A stretch of DNA of 64,000 nucleotides, from positions 928,001-992,000 of the forward strand of contig CBDCOX010000002.1 of the NCBI GenBank assembly GCA_965219995.1, written 5' to 3'. Shown here in pieces: positions 1-8,787 of this stretch. Both the position numbers and the translations under genes were made by a program. Numbering within the stretch: the first letter of the stretch is position 1; each line of letters starts with the position of its first letter. The DNA comes from Candidatus Latescibacterota bacterium (GTDB taxonomy: Bacteria > Latescibacterota > UBA2968 > GCA-2709665). Under the pieces are notes generated by a model. That model made no database searches. It was not told the origin of the DNA and was given only the letters and a program-made list of their open reading frames with translations.

Positions 1-96
1 CACGCACCGGTCGGTATCGGCGCGGAAAGCGTGGACCCAACCCTGGAAGACGCGTACCTGTACCTGCTTGGCGGAGGGGAGGGACAACCGTGCTGA
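1..96 (+). CDS. ABC-2 type transporter ATP-binding protein, C-terminal fragment (5' part outside the window)
   Basis: Frame 1 reads HAPVGIGAESVDPTLEDAYLYLLGGGEGQPC*; PTLEDAYL is the typical C-terminal motif of ABC-2 ATPases; overlaps the permease start. Confidence 0.75.
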   Translation, partial: HAPVGIGAESVDPTLEDAYLYLLGGGEGQPC

Positions 97-812
97 ACTG
101 GCGGGAATTGCTGCTGACCACGTGGCGGCTCTATCGGCTGAGCTGCAGGATCATATTCCACAGGAAGCTGATGTTCATGGGCATCGGCCTTCTCGTCTAT
201 TACACCGCCATGTACGCATTCGCGGTGTGGCGCCCCGACGAGGGGTTCGGCGTGTCGCAGGCGCTCAACGTTCTGGTTGAAATCCCCGGTATTGCGCTTG
301 CCATTTATCTGACGATGGACCTCGTTGCGGGCGAACGGGACCGGAATACACTTGAAACCCTTTTCAGCACAACCTCTACGCACTACAAGATCTGGACGAT
401 CCGGATGGTGGGGGTGTATCTGGTTCTGGCGGCGACCCTGATGGGGATGACGGTGGTCGCCTATTTCGTCTTCGCCGAACTTCCAATCTTCCGGGGCGGG
501 TTGAATGCCTTTCTGCCGGCCTGTCTTGCCGCCGGGCTCACGTTTTACTTCTCCGTTCTCTGCCGAAGCGGCAACGCGGCCGCGATGCTCGCGACCGGGG
601 CGATGGTCCTTGCTCTGGTCGTTTCGAAGTCCATGCCCGATTCTCCCTTCGTGCTCTTTCTGGATACGTTCGATCCACCGGTGGGCATGGAAGACACGCT
701 CTGGGGCGACCGTGTCCTGCTGAATCGTCTGGCCGTCGTGCTGCTGTCGGGCTTCCTGCTGTTTATCGGCCTGCGCAGGATGGAAGCACGAGAGCGGCTT
801 GTGTCTTCGTAG
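90..812 (+). CDS. ABC-2 family transporter permease
   Basis: About 6 hydrophobic segments; GERDRNTLETLFST matches the ABC-2 permease ExExGTLExLLxxP-type motif. Confidence 0.8.
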   Translation: MLNWRELLLTTWRLYRLSCRIIFHRKLMFMGIGLLVYYTAMYAFAVWRPDEGFGVSQALNVLVEIPGIALAIYLTMDLVAGERDRNTLETLFSTTSTHYKIWTIRMVGVYLVLAATLMGMTVVAYFVFAELPIFRGGLNAFLPACLAAGLTFYFSVLCRSGNAAAMLATGAMVLALVVSKSMPDSPFVLFLDTFDPPVGMEDTLWGDRVLLNRLAVVLLSGFLLFIGLRRMEARERLVSS

Positions 813-859
813 GGTTGGGTCTCCTGGTTCACAAACGAGGGGGCCGCCGGGCGCCCATC

Positions 860-2002
860 CTATTCCTTTCTTACGTCGAGCCGGACTTTGCGGGGTTGCA
901 CGTTCACAACCGCAAGATCCGTCCCGTGCCTGATCGACTCCATGCCCAACTCGAACGTCCTGCGCCCGAACCTGACGTAGCCGGCGTCGATCGTAAGCCG
1001 AAAGGCGTCCTGCGACGCCAGCAGAAGCGCGCGTCGGGGACCCTTCACGGTGACGTCCACGACGGCTGGTCTGACGCCCTCCAGCGCATAACCGCCCGGT
1101 AGATTCTCCACGCCGACCGCCACTTCATACGTCGCTTCCTGGACCGAGGCACCGGGCACCAGAAACATCCAGGCGCCGAGCGCCAGCGCGAAGGAGAGCA
1201 CGCCTTCCGAGAGATGCCTCGCCAGCCGGCCACGGCCGGTCTTCGGCGCACTGCCGACCGCGTGCTGCGCGTGCTCCTGCAACCAGGACAGCAGTTCGTC
1301 CGGGTTGTTTACGATTTCCAGGCGACCCTGACGCGCGACGGCGATGGTGCCGCGCTCCTCGGAAACGACCAGGCAGAGGGCGTCGCTTCGTTCGGTCAGC
1401 CCGAGCGCAGCGGCGTGACGGGTCCCTCCCGGCCCGAGTTCGCTTCGGTTTTCCGACAGCGGGAGATGGACGGCAAAGCGCTCCAGCCGGTCTTCCCTCA
1501 TCACCAGCGCCCCGTCGTGACCGGCCGAAGTCGTGCCGAACAGGCTGTCGATGAGCTCCTCGCTGATGGTGGCCTGTAGCACGATCCCGCCTTGCAGGAG
1601 ACGGTCGAGCGGTTCCCGTCCGGGCAGGACCACCAGGGCGCCCCGCCGGTTCGACGCCAGGCGATGCATCGCGCGAACCAGTACCGCCAGACTCCCACCG
1701 CGGGGCCGCGACACCCTTCTTCCGAGGCCCACCGCCGCAATCTGCTCGAAGAGCCTCCGCAGGTCGTCCTGGAAGACAACGACCAGCAGCACGACGAGAA
1801 CGGCGAAAAATCCCTGGAATATCCACGCCGTCAGCTGCAGCTCAAATTGGAGAGCCAGGAGATAGAAAGCCCCCAGAAACGCCAGCCCGACCAGCGCCAT
1901 GCGGGCGTGCATTCTCCGGGTCCAGGCCAACAGCCCCCAGAACAGCACGCCTACGACCGCGATGTCCACGAAATCTGAAAATGTGACCTCGAGCAGCGTC
2001 AT
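860..2002 (-). CDS. cdaA: Diadenylate cyclase (CdaA/DisA_N domain) fused to a C-terminal YbbR/CdaR-like domain
   Basis: 3 N-terminal TM helices, FQDDLRR, HDGAL and GTRHAAA motifs; after a further TM, a YbbR-like segment VRPAVVDVTVKGP; start placed at ATG 2002. Confidence 0.85.
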   Translation of the reverse strand: MTLLEVTFSDFVDIAVVGVLFWGLLAWTRRMHARMALVGLAFLGAFYLLALQFELQLTAWIFQGFFAVLVVLLVVVFQDDLRRLFEQIAAVGLGRRVSRPRGGSLAVLVRAMHRLASNRRGALVVLPGREPLDRLLQGGIVLQATISEELIDSLFGTTSAGHDGALVMREDRLERFAVHLPLSENRSELGPGGTRHAAALGLTERSDALCLVVSEERGTIAVARQGRLEIVNNPDELLSWLQEHAQHAVGSAPKTGRGRLARHLSEGVLSFALALGAWMFLVPGASVQEATYEVAVGVENLPGGYALEGVRPAVVDVTVKGPRRALLLASQDAFRLTIDAGYVRFGRRTFELGMESIRHGTDLAVVNVQPRKVRLDVRKE

Positions 2003-2333
2003 TTTGAAGGTTTTCCGCCTGCCGGATTCGGTCGATTGAATTCGAGAACGCAGCCGACGGCGTGTGAATACCCGCCAGCCCGAAATATGGGCAATCTTTC
2101 TCATTTCGTCAAGACCGCCCCTTCCGTTTGCTTCATGGCCGATCGGCATCTGCCGGATTCCGCAGCCGAAGAATCGTGGTCCGGGTGGTGCATGATTGCT
2201 CGTTGTATGCATCCGTGGTTCTCGTCTTTCGTTTGGTCGGTCCGGGGAAAATACCTATATTTGGAGACGTTCAGGGACAACCGGAAAGGGTCAACACGAA
2301 ATTTCACGCGGTATTCGGACGGAGGCAAGCGAC

Positions 2334-3014
2334 ATGCAGGGTACTCGGGGGCGAATGACCAGACGGGAACTCAGGCAGGACGAATTTGTCAACAGGATGC
2401 TGGCCGCATGGGCCTATGTGGAAGAGAACTATGTCCGCGTACTCGCCGCCGGCGGGGGGCTGGTGATCCTCATCCTGCTCGGCATTTTCGTAATGAACCG
2501 GATGGACGCCCAGGCAGGAGAGGCGGTGGAGGCCGAGGGGCAGATCCGGATCCTGTTGCTCCAGGGACGGGTCGACGATGCCATCCTGGAAGCCGAACGC
2601 GTCGCGGAAACCTACAGCGGCCACGCGGCAGCCGGTCGGGCGCTGCATCTGGCCGGGGGCCTCTATTTCGAAACCGGGAGGCACTCGGAGGCGCAGGCCG
2701 CATTTGAAAGATACCTCCAGGAGTTCGACGCGACCGGGCCCACGGGATACAGCGCCTGGGCCGGTGTGGCCGCCGCGTTGGAAGAACAGGACGATTCCGC
2801 GGGCGCGGCGGCAAGATACCTGGCGTTCGCCGATGAGTTCGAAGACTCTCCGTTCGCGCCCAATGCGCTCAAGGAAGCGGCCCGATGCTATCGGATATCG
2901 GGCGATACCGGTCAGGCCAGCATTCTCCTGCAGCGCATTCTCGACCGGTATTCCAGGAGCCCCGTTGTCCGAAGCGCGGAGGAGGAGCTCAAGCAGATGG
3001 GTGGTATCGGATGA
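2334..3014 (+). CDS. Membrane-anchored tetratricopeptide repeat protein (YfgM-like)
   Basis: RRELRQDEF N-terminus, one TM helix, TPR-like helical pairs; GGAGG RBS at 2321. Confidence 0.8.
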   Translation: MQGTRGRMTRRELRQDEFVNRMLAAWAYVEENYVRVLAAGGGLVILILLGIFVMNRMDAQAGEAVEAEGQIRILLLQGRVDDAILEAERVAETYSGHAAAGRALHLAGGLYFETGRHSEAQAAFERYLQEFDATGPTGYSAWAGVAAALEEQDDSAGAAARYLAFADEFEDSPFAPNALKEAARCYRISGDTGQASILLQRILDRYSRSPVVRSAEEELKQMGGIG

Positions 3015-6000
3015 CCGGACCGGAATTAAGCCTGACCCGTACGCGCGAATTTCACCCGACCGACCTGGCCGACGAGGTCCTGCTGGTGGTACCGGACGCC
3101 ATGCAGCGACATGCGGCCGTCGCCCGCGTTGTGGAAGCGGTGGGGGAGGCGGGACGACCGCCCGAGACGATTTCTCAGAGCCGCTTTCGGCAGGCGCTGT
3201 TCCGGGAAAAACACGTGATTGCCTTCGGAAATCTGGCAAATAACCGGGCGATTCAGCGTCTCTATACCGCCCGGTGTTGTTTTGTGGATACCTTTTTCCC
3301 CGGCGCGAACGGCTATCTGGTCAAGTCGATCTCGGATCCGTTCGGATACGCCCGGAATTGCATTGTCGCGGGCGCCAGCACGGACGTAGGGCTGGAGGCC
3401 GCTCTGAACGCCTTCACGGACATCGTCGCCGCCAGCAACGGCCGGTTGAAGCGCGTCCACGCCGCGTCTTTCTGCCACGATCTTCCACATTTGCCGGATG
3501 ACTCCGAAGTGGAACGCATGGTCCGGGACGATTTGAAGATCTGGGGGACGGGGTGGTCGGCTTCGCCGTTCCGCGGCGGCGGGCTGTTGTCCTATCTCTG
3601 GCAGCACTATCTGACGGATCAGCCGGGATGGGCGAGAGCGGCGGCGGAAATCCTGAAGGGTTCGATCGAACCGTGGCGCGCGGAGTGCCGTGCGCACCCG
3701 GAGGCCTACCATTGTTTCTTCAACCTGCACCTCTACATCCATCTGTGGGACCTGGTGGAAGACAACCCGCTTTTTTCCCCCGATGACCGGCTGGGGGCCG
3801 TCACGATGTTCGGCGAGCTGTTGAGACATCTCATGACGCTCTCCTACGTCTCCGAGGAAGTGAATCCTCCGGGTGAGATCCGGCAGAACCACACGACGTT
3901 CATCGGATTGAACCTGGCGGTGGGCGGCGACTACATGACAAGGCGGCACGGTGTTCGGGAGTTTCGACGGGCGAATGAAATCGCAAGGCGCATATTCGAA
4001 GGTCAGATGGATAGCTATAAGCCGGATGACGATGGGGGAGTGGGGTACGTCTGGCACGTGCCCCAGGAAACGCTGAGCTATTTTCTGTACCGCGGCGACG
4101 ACCGTTACATCACCGGGGGCCACGTGGCCGACCTGTGCAAGCTGGCGGTCGTGACAACCGACAATATGCGCAGCGAGTGCGGCTACGGCGATACGTCGGG
4201 GTATTCTCAATTTTCCGCAAGCGGATGGGACGCACGCCTCTGGCCGCTGATGGTCTCTACCTGGCATCAACCGGATTCCGCGCATCTCTGGACGTTGAAC
4301 TGGCTCGGAGAGGGGAAACGGCCTCCGCCGGACCGGGCGCTGCACGGTCTCTTCTCGGCCGTGGACTACGTGGACGGCGGATTCGCCATGGAGGCCTGTG
4401 AGCCGGAAGTACCCCGCGAACTGCTCGGCATCTGCGTGATGGAGTTGCCGGATCCAGTGCTCGACTGGGTACGACGGTACTCGCCGCAGGCACATCATCC
4501 GCGTCCGGATAGTAGGTATTTCGACAAATTGTCCCTGCGGCGCAATTTCGAGCCCGGGGGCGAGTACCTGCTGCTGGAAGGACTCGGAACGACATGCCAC
4601 GGACACGAAGATACCAATGCGATCGTCCGGCTGACGTGGAACGACAGGGCGTGGCTGGCAGACGGGGATTACATCCGGGCGGCGCCCGCGTTTCACAATT
4701 CCGTCGTGGTCATGCGAGACGGCGAGGGGGTTCTCGAGTCGCCCGGAGACGGCGTGGTGATCCCGCCCCTGGCGTCGTTGAGCATCTGTAACGACGGCGC
4801 GGAACTGGCGATGCTCCGCTCCGAAGCCGCGGGTTACAACGGTGTGGACTGGCAGCGGGAGATATTCTGGCGCAAGGGTCGATATATGGTCGTCATGGAC
4901 CGGCTTCGCTGTCGCGAACCGGGAGACTATCATCTACAATGTCTCTGGCGAATGGTGGGGGATCCGGTCCGGGAGGCGGACGGCGTGCGCATCGGCCAGG
5001 CGGGGGAGAAACTTCATATTCGCAACGCGGACGGCTCCGCGCAGGAAATCGTGCCGGACCCGCACGTCAAAAGCCGATGGGGAAGCTATCCGCATTCGGA
5101 CGGAACCATTTCCGTGCTGCACCAGCGAACGGCGTGCAGGCTGGAAGCCGGCAGGTCGTTTGCCTTCATGAATCTGCTCACCCCGGATCCCCGGATTCGA
5201 TTGGAACGGATCGGCCCCGGCGCGGTCAGGGTAACGGACGGGGACGAAATCACATTGTTGGGTGAGGGATCACTGGAACATGACGATCTCGAACTTTCGG
5301 GAAGCCTGTTCGCGTGCCTTGCCAGGGGCAATCGGGTGTTATTGCAGGGCGTCGAACGCCTGGACGGACGGGAGGTCGAACCATCGGAACAGGTTCTGGA
5401 CCAACCCGGACTTGCGGCGGCGGTCCGGTCCGTACGGGCAGTCCCGGCGGTGAAGCCCGCGGCGAGTCGTCCGTCGGTTTCGGGCGGGTTGGCGCGGCAA
5501 TGGCGCCGGGCGTTCCCGGACGATATTCGGGATATCTCCGTCTCGGATGACGGCGAATTGCTGCTGGCGAGCGGCGGTGACGTCGTGCGGCTGAACGCGG
5601 AAACGGGGGAATCGGTCTGGTCCCGGCAGATTGACGCGGAAGGCGGCGCCAGCCGGGTACTTGGATCGGATATCGACGGAGACGGAAGACCGGAAGTGCT
5701 GCTGGGGACTGAAGACTCACAACTGGTTGTACTGGAAGGGGATACCGGTGACGAACGCTGGCGGCGCGGGCTGGTGAATATGTGGAATCGCGGCACGAGG
5801 GTTTCTGCTGTTGCCGTAGTCGATCTGGAGGGAAATGGCGACCTGAGCGTACTTGCCGGCACCGAAGGATGGTTTGTGAACGCGTTCTCGGCCGAAGGCG
5901 CGCCAGAATGGGCCGAGTGGTTTCGATATCACGCGATCACCGCGCTGCAGGCCGCGGACACGGATGGAGACGGAAAAGCCGAGATTCTGGTCGGTACCGA

Positions 6001-6553
6001 ATACTATACGCCGCTTACCGTGCACAATTTCGACGGGTCGTTCCGCTGGTCCACGTTCGAGCAGGTCGGATCGCACGGGAACGCGACGACCCCCAGACGC
6101 GGCATCTGTCTGAAACAAATGGTGCTGTGCGACCTGGACGCCGACGGCGTTCTGGAAGTCGTTTACGGAACCGAAGACGGCTGGATCTACGCCGTCAAAC
6201 CTCAGGACGGCGCCGAACTCTGGCATATCAATCTCGTGGGGGAAATTACGGGGCTCGTCGTTCTGGATGGTGTTCTGATCGCGGCGTGCGAGTTCGGCGC
6301 GCTGTATGGAATCGATTTCGCCGGCAATCTGACGTGGCGCCGCCACGAAGCGCAATGGATCCATGCGATCGCGGAATCCCGCGGCACGATCGCCGTTGCC
6401 GCCGACCGGCGGGAAATCCGGACGATCGACAGCGAGGGGCGCTGCCAGGGTCTGATTGAAATGCCCGCGAACGTCACGTCGCTCACCGCACTGGACGGCA
6501 GTTTCGTTTGTGTCTACGGGCAGGGAATTGCCAGGCTGGATCTTGTTTCGTGA
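3011..6553 (+). CDS. Large heparinase II/III-like (polysaccharide lyase-type) protein with a C-terminal PQQ/FG-GAP beta-propeller
   Basis: QNH, HGHEDTN and AFHNSVVV motifs typical of heparinase II/III domains; repeated DxDGDGxxE and xTGxxxW motifs at the C-terminus; ATGA overlap with the TPR gene. Confidence 0.65.
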   Translation: MTGPELSLTRTREFHPTDLADEVLLVVPDAMQRHAAVARVVEAVGEAGRPPETISQSRFRQALFREKHVIAFGNLANNRAIQRLYTARCCFVDTFFPGANGYLVKSISDPFGYARNCIVAGASTDVGLEAALNAFTDIVAASNGRLKRVHAASFCHDLPHLPDDSEVERMVRDDLKIWGTGWSASPFRGGGLLSYLWQHYLTDQPGWARAAAEILKGSIEPWRAECRAHPEAYHCFFNLHLYIHLWDLVEDNPLFSPDDRLGAVTMFGELLRHLMTLSYVSEEVNPPGEIRQNHTTFIGLNLAVGGDYMTRRHGVREFRRANEIARRIFEGQMDSYKPDDDGGVGYVWHVPQETLSYFLYRGDDRYITGGHVADLCKLAVVTTDNMRSECGYGDTSGYSQFSASGWDARLWPLMVSTWHQPDSAHLWTLNWLGEGKRPPPDRALHGLFSAVDYVDGGFAMEACEPEVPRELLGICVMELPDPVLDWVRRYSPQAHHPRPDSRYFDKLSLRRNFEPGGEYLLLEGLGTTCHGHEDTNAIVRLTWNDRAWLADGDYIRAAPAFHNSVVVMRDGEGVLESPGDGVVIPPLASLSICNDGAELAMLRSEAAGYNGVDWQREIFWRKGRYMVVMDRLRCREPGDYHLQCLWRMVGDPVREADGVRIGQAGEKLHIRNADGSAQEIVPDPHVKSRWGSYPHSDGTISVLHQRTACRLEAGRSFAFMNLLTPDPRIRLERIGPGAVRVTDGDEITLLGEGSLEHDDLELSGSLFACLARGNRVLLQGVERLDGREVEPSEQVLDQPGLAAAVRSVRAVPAVKPAASRPSVSGGLARQWRRAFPDDIRDISVSDDGELLLASGGDVVRLNAETGESVWSRQIDAEGGASRVLGSDIDGDGRPEVLLGTEDSQLVVLEGDTGDERWRRGLVNMWNRGTRVSAVAVVDLEGNGDLSVLAGTEGWFVNAFSAEGAPEWAEWFRYHAITALQAADTDGDGKAEILVGTEYYTPLTVHNFDGSFRWSTFEQVGSHGNATTPRRGICLKQMVLCDLDADGVLEVVYGTEDGWIYAVKPQDGAELWHINLVGEITGLVVLDGVLIAACEFGALYGIDFAGNLTWRRHEAQWIHAIAESRGTIAVAADRREIRTIDSEGRCQGLIEMPANVTSLTALDGSFVCVYGQGIARLDLVS

Positions 6554-6605
6554 AAAAAACAGCATGTGGCAGTCACGGGATGGAGTTCCACGAAACCCCG
6601 CACAA

Positions 6606-6633
6606 AACCGGTATAATATATATTATGTAAACT
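6606..6633 (+). other. dif site (XerC/XerD chromosome dimer resolution site)
   Basis: AACCGGTATAA TATATA TTATGTAAACT: 11-6-11 layout; spacer and right arm match the B. subtilis dif (ACTTCCTAGAA TATATA TTATGTAAACT); intergenic between convergent genes. Confidence 0.85.
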
Positions 6634-6760
6634 TACGGCAGCTTCAGGTGGGCCGTTTACCGGAATCTGTTGACTTCCGCCAGGGAGGTTTTGTTTCTTT
6701 CACGCGTTTCGTCGTTTCCGATGTTCGTTTTCTCGTGCTTTGTCTCGCTTTCTGGTCTTT

Positions 6761-6786
6761 ATCCTGTTCATCCTGTCTATCCATGT
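6761..6786. repeat. Short ATCCTGTTCATCCTGTCTATCCATGT extragenic repeat-like motif
   Basis: Internal ATCCTGT duplication; resembles a recurrent extragenic repeat recalled from other genomes; only one copy in this window. Confidence 0.35.
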
Positions 6787-6803
6787 GAGTTTTGTTTTGT
6801 GAA

Positions 6804-7454
6804 TTACCCTGTTTTGTCCTGCAGAGCGGACAATTCGGTTTTGAGGCGTCCGATTTCGCGATTCTTCGCCGCCAGGTCCTCTTTAAATGCCTCGCAGCTG
6901 TTTTCGAGCATCCTGTTTTGATCCTCCAACCGGCTCCGTTCTTCTCCCTGACGGTTCAGTTCTTTTCTGAGCCAATGCGCCGTTAATGCCGCTTCCTCGC
7001 GGGCCTTATCCGCAGCGCGGAGGTTTTCGCGCAACCCATGGATGTCGTCCTTGTATTTACGCGCTTCGGTCCATCCGGATGCGGACGAGGCCTCCAGTTG
7101 GTTCTGGCGTTCACTCAGTGCCCGAAGTTCGGCCGTGCGTTCAGCCAGCGCCCGCTCAACGGCATCCAGTTTGCCGACACGCCGTTGCAACCGGTCGTAA
7201 TCGTCACGCTGGAGTTGAACGAGGGACTGGCTCTGGAGCCCTTCGAGTCTTTCCGGTTCCACTTTTTTTCCATATTTCTTCCTGTAAATTTCCAAAAGAT
7301 CTTCTTTGGGGATTCTCCACGCGCCGTTCCACTTCCGGGCGTTCAGATAATCCCGTTCAATGTAGTTTCGGACCGTTTTCGTGGTCACTTTGAGCAGATT
7401 TGCGGCCTGATCGATGGTAAGATGCTCGGTCCGGACGTCGCTGGATTCGGTCAT
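6804..7454 (-). CDS. Helix-turn-helix (excisionase/HTH_17, MerR-like) DNA-binding protein with a long coiled-coil C-terminus
   Basis: LTIDQAANLLKVTTKTVRNYIERDYLNARKWNGAWRIP is an HTH_17 pattern; the rest is heptad-rich (E/L/R/Q/A); GGAG upstream of ATG 7454. Confidence 0.8.
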   Translation of the reverse strand: MTESSDVRTEHLTIDQAANLLKVTTKTVRNYIERDYLNARKWNGAWRIPKEDLLEIYRKKYGKKVEPERLEGLQSQSLVQLQRDDYDRLQRRVGKLDAVERALAERTAELRALSERQNQLEASSASGWTEARKYKDDIHGLRENLRAADKAREEAALTAHWLRKELNRQGEERSRLEDQNRMLENSCEAFKEDLAAKNREIGRLKTELSALQDKTG

Positions 7455-7485
7455 TGATTGCTCCATAACTTGAAATTTCTTATTT

Positions 7486-7526
7486 TTTTCCTAAATTATT
7501 ATAGGAAAATTCATCCCTGAATTCAA
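7486..7526 (-). promoter_or_regulatory. Sigma70-type promoter of the HTH/coiled-coil gene with an overlapping palindromic operator
   Basis: Minus strand TTGAAT-17 bp-TATAAT (7526-7498); inverted repeat TTTTCCTA-N8-TAGGAAAA at 7486-7509 covers the -10 box. Confidence 0.6.
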
Positions 7527-7569
7527 GGACGATTCACGATTTTACATCGATTGGAGAGGGAAGACTCAA

Positions 7570-8679
7570 ATGGAAAATGCGGCCCTGAAACACACCCCAC
7601 TCTACCGGCAGCATGTTGAGTTGGGCGCAAAAATGGTGGAATTCGGAGGATGGGAGATGCCCGTCCAGTATACCGGAATCGTTGCGGAACATCGTGCCGT
7701 GCGAACATCCGCGGGGCTGTTCGACGTCAGCCACATGGGCCAGATCCAGGTCTCGGGCACCGGGGCGAGGGATTTCCTGCAATATCTGGCGGCCAACGAC
7801 ATCAGGAAACTGAAGAACGGCAGATGCCAGTATTCCTTTCTTCTGAACGAGCGGGGCGGCACGATTGACGACATGATGGTCTACCGGACCGGTCCGGACG
7901 CTTTCACGCTGGTTGTCAATGCCTCCAACGCGGAAACGGACTGGGCTCACGTGGTATGCGTGGGTGCAGGGCGGAAGGACGTCCATCTGGAGAACAAAAG
8001 CGGCGACCGCGCCCTGCTGGCATTCCAGGGGCCCGCAGCCGGCGGTATTCTGTCGAACCTGACGCCGGACGACGTCGGGGCGATTCGATTCCACGGTGTT
8101 CGGCCGTGTACCGTTGCCGGCCTGCCGGTATGGCTCGCCGCGTCCGGGTATACCGGCGAAAACGGATTTGAGATCTTCGTGGCTTCGAGCGACGTGGAAC
8201 AGCTGTGGCGCGCGCTGCTGAACGCAGGCAGGGATAGAGGGGCGGTGCCGGTCGGCCTGGGAGCCCGCGACACGCTTCGCCTGGAGGCGTCGCTCGCCCT
8301 CTACGGGCACGAACTGGACGAAAATACGTCCCCGCTGGAGGCCAATCTCGGTTTCGCCGTGGCGAAGACCGGTACCTATATCGGTTGCGAAGCGATCCGG
8401 GAGCAGCTGGCGCGAGGCGTCGGCAGGAAACTGGTGATGCTGGAAATGGTCGACAGGGGCATTCCACGCCAGGGCTACGAGATTCACGCGGCAGACGGCG
8501 AGCCCGCCGGCGCGGTCACCAGCGGATCGGTCTCGCCCTGGACCGGAAAGATTATTGCTATGGGCTATGTTGACACCCAGTTGGCGAAACCGGGCCAGGA
8601 ACTGTCTGTTTCCGTCCGCAACCGGCGGCTCCGGGCGAAGGTGGTTCGCAGACCTTATTACCGGCGTCCGGGCAGCTAA
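7570..8679 (+). CDS. gcvT: Glycine cleavage system aminomethyltransferase T
   Basis: LKHTPLY, FGGWEMPVQY, GLFDVSHMG, GYTGENGFE, GLGARDTLRLEA. Confidence 0.97.
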   Translation: MENAALKHTPLYRQHVELGAKMVEFGGWEMPVQYTGIVAEHRAVRTSAGLFDVSHMGQIQVSGTGARDFLQYLAANDIRKLKNGRCQYSFLLNERGGTIDDMMVYRTGPDAFTLVVNASNAETDWAHVVCVGAGRKDVHLENKSGDRALLAFQGPAAGGILSNLTPDDVGAIRFHGVRPCTVAGLPVWLAASGYTGENGFEIFVASSDVEQLWRALLNAGRDRGAVPVGLGARDTLRLEASLALYGHELDENTSPLEANLGFAVAKTGTYIGCEAIREQLARGVGRKLVMLEMVDRGIPRQGYEIHAADGEPAGAVTSGSVSPWTGKIIAMGYVDTQLAKPGQELSVSVRNRRLRAKVVRRPYYRRPGS

Positions 8680-8747
8680 CGACCCCCTACCCCGTCGGTT
8701 GCGTTGTTCCCGCGCACCCGGTCCTGTGTCTTCAACGACTACCCAGG

Positions 8748-8786
8748 CAAAAGGCCCGGAATCGCTGAACGATTCCGGGCCTTTGT
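8748..8786. terminator. Bidirectional intrinsic terminator between gcvT and leuS
   Basis: AAAGGCCCGGAATCG-ctgaa-CGATTCCGGGCCTTT perfect stem with A/T tracts on both sides. Confidence 0.8.
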
Positions 8787-8787
8787 C

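Noticed and set aside
3026-4933. 635-aa minus-strand ORF
   Set aside because: Antisense shadow of the lyase-like gene; no motifs; expected in GC-rich DNA
6804-7454. Prophage excisionase marking a dif-integrated phage
   Set aside because: No phage, replication or integrase genes and no complete second dif-like site in the window
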